Positions 47,658 to 57,869 of a DNA stretch of 64,000 nt are shown piece after piece. Under the pieces are notes generated by a model that made no database searches, had not been told where the DNA came from, and was given only the letters and a program-made list of their open reading frames with translations. Source of the stretch: Entomortierella parvispora E1425 (lineage: Eukaryota > Fungi > Mortierellomycota). The stretch is from NCBI GenBank assembly GCA_020891255.1, contig BQFW01000008.1:2418001-2482000 (forward strand), written 5' to 3'. The first letter of the stretch is position 1. Every line of letters begins with the position of its first letter. The position numbers and the translations under genes were made by a program.

Positions 47658-49550
47658 TTGTGCGCGGGCATCCGACATTCATTGACGGCCACATATTACG
47701 ACAAGTATATATACTGTCAGCGCGATGAGATGATCCTCCTCATCTGCATTCCCTATCATCTTTTCCCCAACCATCTACCCTCTTCCTTCGTCAAGGTCCC
47801 AATTAACTCTTGGATGCAAAACACTCAGCGGGAGGCTCACGCCCCTCACTCCTCTTCATCACTACCACTTACACGGCCATCATCACCGAATATATGGTCA
47901 TCACCACCACCACTTGCACTGCCATCATCACGGCCCGCATGGCCATCACCACTACCACTTACACGGCCATCATCACCGAATATATGGTCATCACCACCAC
48001 CACTTGCACTGCCATCACCACGGCCCGCATGGCCATCACCACTACCACTTACACGGCCATCATCACCGAATATATGGTCATCACCACCACCACTTGCACT
48101 GCCATCACCACGGCCCGCATGGCCATCACCACTACCACTTACACGGCCATCATCACCGAATATATGGTCATCACCACCACCACTTGCACTGCCATCATCA
48201 CAGCTCGTATGGCCATCATCGCATCCCCTATGGTTATCATCAGACCCCTTGTGGTTATCACCACCCCCTGTATGGCCATCATCACCGACTGTTTGGCCAA
48301 CATCACAGCCGCTATGGTTGTCATCGCCGTCTGTATGGTTATCATCACCACCTGCATTGCCATCATCAGGTCCTCTATGGTTATCATCGCCGCCTGTCTG
48401 GCCGTCATCACCGCCTGTCTGGCTGTCATCACCGCAGTTATCACCGCCCGTCCGGCTGTCATCACCGCAGTTATCACCACCTGCATTATTACCGGAACTT
48501 GACAACGCTTTGATCATTCTGTTCAGTGAACCCGATGGCGGCTTTAACTCATACGAACTTGATAACGCTTCAACTGTCCTCTTCAGTGAACCCGATGGCG
48601 GCGTTAATTCATATGAACTTGATAACGCTTCAACTGTCCTCTTCAGTGAACCCGATGGCGGCGTTAATTCATATGAACTTGACAACGCTTCAACTGTCCT
48701 CTTCAGTGAACCCGATGGCGGCGTTAATTCATATGAACTTGACAACGCTTCAACTGTCCTCTTCAGTGAACCCGATGGCGGCGTTAATTCATATGAACTT
48801 GACAACGCTTCAACTGTCCTCTTCAGTGAACCCGATGGCGACGTTAATTCATATGAACTTGACAACGCTTCAACTGTCCTCTTAAGTCAGTCTAACGTTG
48901 CCTTGCAGGTGATAGATTCTGCCTCACCCTTCTTCTTAAGTTCCCTTGAAGCTGACCGGCAGGAACAACAAGCTGCTTTAACTACACTCTCCAGCGAATC
49001 TGAGGACGATTCCGTGGAGATCATGTTACGGGAATATTTAATGGAAGGTGTCGACTATCCATCAGTGCCAGCGGCGTGCCCATTGAGATATGAGGACTCC
49101 TGGGGGTCACTACTACTTGATGACTCTATCGATCAACCTCAAGGCATTGAAGGCCAAGGAGCAGCTCAGGAGGAAAGATCTTCAACAGACGGAGGCAGTC
49201 TCATGTTGATGGGAGAAGGGTCTTCAACTGACGGAGGCAACCTCATGTTGATGGGACAAGGGTCTCCGACGGACAATGGCAGCCTCATGTTGTTGGAAGA
49301 GCCCATTCACGAACCACTTGATATTCCAGGGCATGGAGGCGTTCAGAATGGAAACTTGGCCGTTTCTTACTTTGGAAATTCGCATGTACCTTCTCTACCG
49401 GATATCAACCCGTCGTCCCTAAGCTTACCAGATGCAAGTCGGGGAGATGGGTGGCTGGGTATCCTCCCCCCAACACCACCGTCATTTCCCTCAGACATGG
49501 AGTCCCACGATGGGTCAGAGAGCGATGGGTCAGAGAGCATGCATTCATAG
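47658..49550 (+). CDS. Uncharacterised repeat-built protein (Pro/Ser/Trp 30-mers, acidic 20-mers, 14-mers); true start uncertain
   Basis: 1.9-kb open frame that continues ~220 codons past the arrays into non-repetitive acidic sequence. No recognisable domain. Confidence 0.55.
   Translation: MCAGIRHSLTATYYDKYIYCQRDEMILLICIPYHLFPNHLPSSFVKVPINSWMQNTQREAHAPHSSSSLPLTRPSSPNIWSSPPPLALPSSRPAWPSPLPLTRPSSPNIWSSPPPLALPSPRPAWPSPLPLTRPSSPNIWSSPPPLALPSPRPAWPSPLPLTRPSSPNIWSSPPPLALPSSQLVWPSSHPLWLSSDPLWLSPPPVWPSSPTVWPTSQPLWLSSPSVWLSSPPALPSSGPLWLSSPPVWPSSPPVWLSSPQLSPPVRLSSPQLSPPALLPELDNALIILFSEPDGGFNSYELDNASTVLFSEPDGGVNSYELDNASTVLFSEPDGGVNSYELDNASTVLFSEPDGGVNSYELDNASTVLFSEPDGGVNSYELDNASTVLFSEPDGDVNSYELDNASTVLLSQSNVALQVIDSASPFFLSSLEADRQEQQAALTTLSSESEDDSVEIMLREYLMEGVDYPSVPAACPLRYEDSWGSLLLDDSIDQPQGIEGQGAAQEERSSTDGGSLMLMGEGSSTDGGNLMLMGQGSPTDNGSLMLLEEPIHEPLDIPGHGGVQNGNLAVSYFGNSHVPSLPDINPSSLSLPDASRGDGWLGILPPTPPSFPSDMESHDGSESDGSESMHS
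47859..48218 (+). repeat. 90-bp tandem minisatellite x4, followed by degenerate 18-21-bp subunits to ~48480
   Basis: The unit encodes PLPLTRPSSPNIWSSPPPLALPSPRPAWPS. Units start at 47859, 47949, 48039 and 48129. Confidence 0.95.
48495..48883 (+). repeat. 60-bp tandem minisatellite x6.5
   Basis: Unit GAACTTGACAACGCTTCAACTGTCCTCTTCAGTGAACCCGATGGCGGCGTTAATTCATAT (ELDNASTVLFSEPDGGVNSY). The inner copies are nearly identical. Confidence 0.97.
49179..49300 (+). repeat. 42-bp tandem repeat x3 (SSTDGGSLMLMGEG)
   Basis: Units start at 49179, 49221 and 49263. Confidence 0.85.
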
Positions 49551-50867
49551 TATCTACGGCAGTTGGGGGGGGGGGGGACTAACAATTATTGACCCGAGTC
49601 TCCTAAAAAGAAATGGAATAAATTCAAAGAAAGTTCATTTTGCAACATTCTCAGCCTGGCCGTGAATAGTAATAAAGCAATGTCAAAAGGCCCGTTCAGA
49701 TCAGGTCTGTTAACGATGGTAATGACTGAAGGCACTAGCCATCGTAGCTGCGAAGCAAAGATTCCTTCGGCTTTTACTTGTAGATCGAAGATGTTGTTTT
49801 ATTAATGACAGTATGTTGCCCAGATCGTCAAGACTGCCCCTAGAAGGCCCATTTTATAGTCCATCACTTCATTCTTGCCTTTATTTATCGCCGCTGCATG
49901 TGTGGCCTGGTGATTAACACATATTGCTGGAACGATCAGACAATGCAGGAGCAAGAAAAAGAAAGTATGGTTTAGTATGAATTGCAGGCTCGGGAACTGT
50001 AATAGGCACAGAGGGAGAATACAAGGAGGGGACCAAGGAGAGGACAAGGGCAGGGAGAAGCAGAGTTAGAGAAGTGAATGCCGTTTAATGAGTTGGAGGG
50101 AGGGGGGTATATATATATGTCTATCTGGCTATGGTACTGTAACTATGTTGGGATTGGTTGGAATGTGGGAGTGGCAGGGTTGGGGTGGAGTGGAGTGGAG
50201 TGACAAGATCACAGAAGCTGTAGACACGCGTTGCAGGAACACAGCAATAAATCAAAGAATATACTAGAAAAGGACCGGGTCTGCGTTGAGTCTGAAGGGC
50301 CTTGGAAAGCAGTTCGTATCTAAATGGATACCGATCATGCTATAGGTTAGGTCTACAGTAGACCCTTGCTCGAGGGGTACTGTTGGGGATTACAAGACAA
50401 GCCAATGGGTTTGACAAATGATCCTAGATTCGGGATCCTATGTCAGAAGAGGCGCGTACAATGGTCGACAAATCTGCTCTGTGCCCCGTCGTAGCATGCG
50501 ACAGATCAGTAGCGGATGTTGCACAGGCTGAAAACCAATGTGTGTTAAAGGCCAGTATACGAGAGGATTGAAGGGATAGTAGGCTTTAATGTCATCGGAG
50601 ACTGGGGTTCTAATACTGCCAGGTTAATCCGAAGAGCTGCAAAAGGCCGGAAAATTTGCCCTGACTTATTTGCTTTACAATTGTTTTTTCGAGTGAGATC
50701 AGTGTTCATTCATCGTAATCGAAAAGTTAAGGGGTTGTCGTCTTTAGATGACCTGCACAGTAAAATATATATCAATGAACAGTCACTCCGGTTAACTTAG
50801 AAATTTGGTGGGCTAAATGCACGTGACAAGACGGGCACGTGAACATGGACGCAGGATAAATAAAATA

Positions 50868-51066
50868 CTAGCGTGTCTGCCCGTGGCATATGCCCCGGGT
50901 CTGGCATTCTGCCACGGAAGGATTATTTTTTTTTTTGTTTTACACGGTCAAAAGTCTCCCGTAGCCAATATTGATGTGCCCATTCTCGATCAGGATCGCA
51001 AGGGGCGACATATAGTTGACCGTAGCCAAAGACTGTGGGAGGAAGATACAGTCCTACTCCTTGTAG
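50868..51066 (-). mobile_element. Helitron 3' terminus with a degenerate PIF1-like helicase C-terminal fragment
   Basis: Minus strand: LQGVGLYLPPTVFGYGQLYVA (51066-51004; compare the Helitron helicase motif VGxYLPxPVFxHGQLYVAxSR), then LAILIENG after a frameshift. This is followed by the 20-nt palindrome CCCGGGGCATATGCCACGGG (50899-50880), an 8-nt spacer, CTAG (50871-50868) and a flanking T. Confidence 0.85.
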
Positions 51067-51600
51067 GTTTTATACGCCCCGCTTTGTGTTGCCAGTAGAT
51101 CTGGAATTGAGGAAAGAGTGGAGCGGCAGAGGAGGAAGATAATCGGTGAGGAGGAAAGCCAGCATGGTCAATGGTCGATTCTTTTTTTTTTTTTCCTCCT
51201 GATATTCGCTCTTCACTCACATATACAAACTCTCCAAAAGACATCATACAATGAATGAGGGCAGCAGTCAGCTCCCTGGTGATTTTGGCGCGCCTCGCAG
51301 CAAATCTTGTTTATGCCAAGGCACCGGAAATCGTTCTAGACCTTGCATTCAAGGCATGTGCAAAAACAGGGCCTATAACCATCAATTTGTTTTCGCACTG
51401 TGGCTATGACGCCGATGGGCTGAAGGAGAATTTCGGTGCGTAGATTGGAGCATTGACTTTATTTACACTTCATCCAGCAATAAACGTGTCAATCAGAATC
51501 TGCGTGATCAAGATCTTCCATATTCTCCCGCGGGCGAGGGAGGGCAGCCTGTTGTAGATGGACAAGGCCATTCAAGCCATGCTGTGGGAGGTTAAGAGCC
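51067..51600 (-). pseudogene. Decayed unidentified gene fragment retaining an intron, fused to the Helitron tail
   Basis: A long minus-strand frame is interrupted by several stops (...IAG*SVNKVNAPIYAPKFSFSPSAS*PQCENKLMVIGPVFAHALNARSR...). A GTGAGT...polypyrimidine-CAG intron spans about 51102-51220. Confidence 0.35.
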
Positions 51601-51899
51601 GTCCGTAGGCTCTCCACATTCACAATAAGAGAAATTATTGAGTCTCAAGCTTTAATCGAATCCGTTTGAATTGTGCTCCATCAGCTTCTTCTTGAGTCCG
51701 TCGCCGTCTATCTTCCTGTGCTATTTGTGAATCCAAGTGCTGTGCTTGAACGAAAGTGGCGGTTGTTGGCATCTCTAGGCTCCTCTGGATCAGGCAATCG
51801 AGCATCTTGAGCAAGTCTCTGTGTAAACAAAAATCTTTGTAATTGGTCCTGGAGGTTGTGTTTGACCATCCTCGACTGCCTGTTAAATCCTCTGAACCG

Positions 51900-52350
51900 C
51901 CGCCGCTTTCCGTGATGCTGTTGCTCGCTGGATTGTCGATCCTGAGCCACCGCTGTTTCCTGAGGCATGAGTTTCGGGGTAGGTCAAATAAGCGAACAGA
52001 TGGAAAGCAACCTGCCCTGGATCTACTCCACGCTTCCGCTCCATGCGCTATGCTCTTTCAATAGCTTCTTCATAGGTGTTCTCCTCCAAGATCTGGAAGA
52101 GCTTTGCTGAGGAGTGTTTGGATGGTTTGACATATGGACTGGCATCAGTTGGCCAGCGCACACCAGGTAGACGAGTCGGAATGGACTCTCGAATGCGCGC
52201 ACAAATTTGATGGTGCTGCCATGGTGGCGGGTCAGGTAAATCACCGATGATTTTCCGATTGTGAGCAGCAAGAGCGGGTAGCTTCCGTAGATTCAATTGA
52301 ATGGTGAGGTTCTCTGGAAGACCATCACCATCTGATTCGATATCACCTGT
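51900..52350 (-). pseudogene. Possible degenerate retrotransposon gag-like fragment
   Basis: Frame-shifted pieces KFVRAFESPFRLVY and ENTYEEAIERA*RMERKR resemble LTR gag helices. The resemblance was judged by eye only. Confidence 0.3.
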
Positions 52351-52475
52351 AGGGGATCGGGAGGATTTTTTTTTTTTTTGTGTGGGGATCGGGGGGAAGA
52401 GTGCCGAGGGAAGGGGTATAGAGTCGAACATCGTTCAGATCACGTGTGTTTGAAGGTTTGGATGCGAGACTAGCC

Positions 52476-52488
52476 TGCAGACGCGTCG
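52476..52488 (+). promoter_or_regulatory. MCB (ACGCGT) motif upstream of Fanzor B (TGCAGACGCGTCG)
   Basis: About 110-120 nt upstream of ATG 52599. Counterpart of the motif upstream of Fanzor A. Confidence 0.45.
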
Positions 52489-52598
52489 CTCGCTCTTTGC
52501 TTTTCCCTGCTCCTCCGCCATTGCCCTTTCCCTTGTCTCTACCGCCTCTCCAATCACCAAAAGAACTCGTCTTGTCTTCATTACCTACTGCCAGCATC

Positions 52599-55500
52599 AT
52601 GGATGACATCGATGCTGATGTCCTGGAGGACATCAATGAGACTCTTACCATCAACATGGAGATTCAGGACATTGACTTTGGACGCGACATCACGGTATCC
52701 ACAGAGGTATGACTTTGAATTCCAGTTTGCAGTGGCGTTGGTGCTGTTGGTATGGTTTCCATACCCTTACTCTTATTCATGCTCTTTCCCCCGATAGTTT
52801 CCTGTTTCATTCATCGATGATACCGAGTTTCTTGCTGAGGCAAATGCACGACTTTTAGCTGAACAGGATGACGAGCTTCAGCTACGCGTTGACTACATGA
52901 TACAGGGTGCGGACGATGGACTGCCGCTTAACCAAAATCTCCGACAGACTTTGGATGTTCTCCACCATCGATACGGTCTGGTCGTAAGTACATGCTCGAG
53001 CTCCCTTTCTGCACTTGTTGCATCCGTCATGTCCCGAACATCGCTATCAGCCTTCCGAATTCAGACTCCCGGCGGCCCTGTCACTCTCCCTCCATCCCGA
53101 TTGCTGTTGAGAAGAATCTCTCAAGCTACACAGATCAAAATTGTTGTTGTATCGACTCGCTGCAAGAAACTTGTGTTCGAGCCTCTTAGCGAGCCGAAAG
53201 CGCTGGTTGTCCTTGCCCACATCGCTGATTCGTTTCAGGGAGTCAATACCTACACCGCGCTGACTTGTTCAGTAACAAGTCCCAATCGAGATTTCCGTAT
53301 GCCCTCCGTTCGACTTCCTCCTGTAATCCCGACAGCAGAAAGGGCCACATATCGAGAGGCAAAACGATCAATATCTCGCGAGATAATCGAGTTCAGCGTC
53401 TTGGAAGCCGAAGAGAGTTTTCTTTCCAGTTGGTACGTTTTCTGGTTTACCCAAAGCTATGGTAATAATTCTAGTATTAACCTTTGGACATATTATACTT
53501 AGTAAAACGACCTTGAAAAAGAGAATCAACATCGCCGTGAACAAGGTCGTCAGCAAAACAAAAGGAAAGAAAAAAGGTCCTGTGGATATCCGTGCCGCCT
53601 TGGAGAAGGAAAACGTCGACTTCATCGATGCCGAGTGTAAACTCCAGCGGCTACCAAGAGGGCTCATGCAGGACACCATATCAACTCTGGAAACATCCCT
53701 TGGAGTGAGAAAAGGTCGTATATCAAATGATGACTTTACGAAGCGTATGAGCGTGGAACAGACACACACGGCATATCGCAACTTTGTGAAGGAAAACGGC
53801 TGCCTGTTTTGGGATCATTCAGTTGAGAATAAGGACAAGAAACTCGAGCTTGAACCTGTCTCTAGTCAGTCCCATGTCCAAGAGAATCCCTCTCAGGTCA
53901 ATGATATATCCAAGACCCAAGAAATCAGGATGTGCGATGCTTCTTTGCACAGGATCCTCCGTAAAGACTTTTGTAAGGACAACATAACAAGGATCCAGGA
54001 AATCCTCGAGGAGAAACAAACGAGTATGTCAGACCACATGGATGAAATCCAAGTGGCAGTTTTGAAGGTGCACATGGAGGTAAGAAATACCTACTGTCGA
54101 TGAGACAATCTACACATGCTTTTTGCTTCCAGCACTCACTGACATATCATCCACTACATGATAGGTGTTTCGTGGTTTGCTGCACGAGACAGCAGAAGAG
54201 GTCGACATTTCTGACATTCTTCCTACAGGTTTTGAAATCCGCGACGCTCGGATCAAAAATGATCGTATCCTCAAAGTTGCGAAGGGCACCACGGTCTTTA
54301 TCGAAGAGACTATCAAAACCGACTCTGATCTTCACAACCTATTCAATCAGAGTTGTCTAGAGCACCTAGCAGCAAAGCTCAGCCCTACTTCATGGAGCTC
54401 TGAGCCTCCGCCAAAGAAACCAAGACTCGCTGGCGACGGAGGTGCAGACAGTCAAGGCGGGAGTGGATACGGAGAGCATCCAAAATGGGACAAGTTGGCT
54501 CACTTTATTCAACAGACGATGTATACAACCGATAACATCAAGTGCCCTCAAGGAATGTCTCGAACCAGAAATGAGATGCTCCGTGCTATGGCTACCAACA
54601 TCCACAACATCTGGAACGGATCAATATACAACGATCTGAAGAGAGCAGTCGTCCGCTGTCTTGTCCGGGTCTTTTTGCGACCTCTCAGTGAGGAGTGGTA
54701 CCGGCAGTTCAAGAAAAAAAAAGCCAAGGAGAGACGAGAAAGGATCGCTGCTAAGCAAGGCAAGGCGAGAAAACGACAAAAGCGATCCTGGCAGAGAACT
54801 ACATCTCTTATCAATCAACTGGATAGTACCATCGGCAGCTGCAACAGGCGATGGTCGGGAGCTACTCTCTTTCTCTCTGATCCACAGACTGGAGGTTGTC
54901 CACGTCTTACACGTATCCAGACACTGATAGGATTGCTCAATCCGGCAGAGAACGTGGCACCCCTATTATCGCTCTTTGCAGCTGTAGATGATGAGTACGA
55001 GGATGAGGCCTACATGGATATCGATGAGGATGATGACAATGATGCGGACATTTGGGAAGCAGATGACGCTGATGGCTTTGAAGAGGCAGCACAGGCAGAA
55101 ATGGGTATTGCGACACTGGGCCAGGCCATCGAGTCAACTGAAAAAGGTAACTTTACTGGTTCAATATATCGCTTCTATAAGAGATTAGAGAAAAAACATT
55201 GACACAGGTTTTTTTTTGTCTATAGCGGCCGCTCGTAAAAAAGAACCCAAGTCAAAATACCTCAAAGGCATCGAGGCTTTAATTTGCAAGCTCATCGATA
55301 TGGCTTCGTTGCCAGACCTTATCAGTGAAGCAGAGATTCGCAACCATTTGTTCTCTGGCCAAAGTTTCAAGGACAACGAAATTCAGGTGGCGGTTCACAT
55401 CGTCAATGCGTTGCGTCCGTTTGCCCCAAAGAAGGATGCCTCTGGATCCATTCCTCATCATGTTCTCGCTACTGGCCCTTTCGCCTATCTGGCAAATCAT

Positions 55501-57869
55501 CTCTTGATCGCCATGGGGTTCAGCGAATTTTCCAGACAGCTATCCCCTGTCTCGTCAGCCGGAAAGCTCCTCCCTCTGCCACTGAATTCCACTGGGATAA
55601 GTGAATCTCTGTGCGCCTTGGATCCACACCATTTCGATATCTTCGACTCAACCGGCCTACTGGTTTCAGATCAAAAACATGCGCCAGGGAACGCCCCTAC
55701 CATTTTCTCGGCGTTCTTCGACATGCAGGTGATCCATGCAACTTGTGCCAAATTTGGTCTGCGCTTCGGAGACAGGTAACAACATGTTTTGACTTTTTTT
55801 TTTTTTTTTTTTGACTGACGCAGAATCTAACATATTGACCCATTTCAATAGGCTTGTCTTCGTTGACGAGCATACTGTTAGAATTATGGGGTACGAGGCC
55901 CGACCGAACGCTCCACGCAACATGATCAAGGAGAAACGAAAGAAGCTTGGCAAAGGCCGTTCAAGGGAGCCTACGGATGCAGAACAGCGCCAAATTGTTC
56001 TCCATGAATCGAAACTATCCAAGGCGGAAGCCAAAACAAGTGCCGCAGATCATGATGTGCGTATAACGGAGCTCAACGAGGAGATAAAGGCACTAAACCG
56101 GCAGCTGGGGTTGGAAGAGATCCGGATGAAAAGCGTGAATGCAGATTTGCGACGGCTAAAAACTGAGAAACGCAAAGAGAATGACGTTAACCGAAAGGAA
56201 TGTCTGGGCGAGGAAATCGACACAGCATTCAGAGATCTGCATACGCTACGCTCAAGCGTTCACAGACTTCGGCGGAAAGCGCTTCCTATGCGAAACCAGA
56301 TCAAGGGGTTGCGGCAAAAAAAGTATGACCTTGACAAGTATGTTTCGTCCGAATCAAAGCCAAAGACGGAAAAGGAGGCGTACGGGGAGCTGAGCGAGTC
56401 GGTCACATCCAAATTCTCTTCGACACCCTCTCTCCTTCGCCGGGGATGCTTAGACTCTGTTGAATCAACCAGCATCGACAGTCTCGTCAAGGATATTGAG
56501 ACCAACAACGCGGATCAAAGGAACAGAAGGATTGTTTTAGTCCCAGGTGGGACGGATCCAGGCGCCCATGTGTTATTCAACACGGTCCCGATAACTGAAA
56601 ACAAACTGATCGAGCTTCGAAATCGTTTCGAGATACTTTTGAACGAGGAGGCAGAATCGGAGCAAGATCCGGAAGAAGAGGTGCAGTCAATTGACCAGAT
56701 ACGGTTCCCAGATCCGCACCAGGTCACTGTTAAGCACATACGCCACCATGCAGGCCTTGTGAAGCAATCGCGAGTCAGAAAGAAGCGCATTGCAGCTAAT
56801 GCTGAGGTACGCAAGGCACACGCTGATCTGGCGGATAACTCAATTCGGCGAGCAAACTCTTCGCATGCCATTGAGCAGGCCCAAGAAACACGTCGCAACT
56901 GTCGCACAACACTCCGATCTTTTGAGAAATCCAGAAGGATGAAGAACCTACGACGCCGTACTGAACTTCAACTGAGGAATACGTATGACAAAGTTGCAGC
57001 CGCGGAGCGAGACGCATTTAAGAGGGTGGTGAATGGTAAGTCAAGCACTGCTGTCTGTATTGATTTTACTGCAGCAGGTGTGCTCTATTTACAGTACTTA
57101 TTCGCATTCGTCTTTCAAACTCGACTCAGTAGACAGTAATTCATTGCAAACCTCAGGAGAGCCGTCCTATCCATCAACCGGATATTGCACAGACTGCAGG
57201 ACACACCACCGTCCAGAGTTTGTCGTCGATCCGAGTGCCCCTCGTGGGCGACGCCTCGTCTTGAAGCATGTGAACCAATGTCCAAGGGCGAGTCCCATCG
57301 TCGTGCCATTAATGCTTCACGGTGCCGCAGGTTCCGGAGTGGGTTCACGTCTCAAAGGTCATTCAAAAATGGGAGGGAACAAAATTCCTGAGAAACACTT
57401 GCGCTATACGCCGGTCCTCAAGACCAATGAACACAAAAGCTCCCAGCTTTGCCCCTTTTGCTTTTCGCAAATAAGACTCGTACGGGCAAGGCGCAACAAG
57501 AACGGAGTCATGAGGTTAGTGCGAGTACATGGAGCAATTCAATGTACAAACCCAGACTGCCCTTCCTTCAAGGTTGGATATGCTGATCGCGGGAGAGACA
57601 CCAATGCAGCGGTGAACATTGCATTGGCTGGATACGTATGCCTCACCTCTTCCGATCACAAGACCCTGCCTCCATTCGACCCACGGTGCCCTGAGTGGGA
57701 ACCTTCTTCAAACACCAGATCCATCTCGACTGGAACCTCAACCTTTCCTCTTGCACCGCAGGTCGATGCCAAGATTTTGGAATTGGGCATTCGCTCAACA
57801 TATGTAAGTACTCTCAGGTCAAATTTACTCATTCTCCTGTCAATTCTCATTGAGCTCCATATTAACTAA
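52599..57869 (+). CDS. Fanzor B: giant (~1,560-1,590 aa predicted) 7-exon TnpB/Fanzor-family RNA-guided endonuclease
   Basis: Exons 52599-52706, 52798-53432, 53503-54079, 54165-55146, 55226-55775, 55852-57035 and ~57157 (or 57130/57133)-57869 join in frame. GGTDPG (D 56555-57); LHGAAGSGVGSRLKG; TNEHKSSQLCPFC (E 57429-31); CTNPDC; RDTNAAVNI (D 57597-99). Confidence 0.9.
57727..57817 (+). ncRNA. Candidate omegaRNA scaffold / element 3' end of Fanzor B
   Basis: CGACTGGAACCTCAACCTTTCC...GATGC...ATATGTAAGTACTCTCAG. Possible ATGCC/GGCAT stem. The ncRNA call is an inference. Confidence 0.4.

Noticed and set aside
47859-48883. Regular 60-bp and 90-bp repeats next to Cas12-related nucleases, as a possible CRISPR-like or guide array
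   Set aside because: Units are head-to-tail with no unique spacers, and all are multiples of 3 within an ORF. They are coding minisatellites.
50350-50383. Perfect 7-bp inverted repeat GGTCTAC-A-GTAGACC overlapping a TACAGTAGACCC...GGGGTACTGT hairpin (pogo-like TIR look)
   Set aside because: No partner TIR or transposase was found, and the repeat is too short to support a MITE call.
50220-50700. Long minus-strand frame with few stops
   Set aside because: No recognisable motif, so it cannot be told apart from chance.
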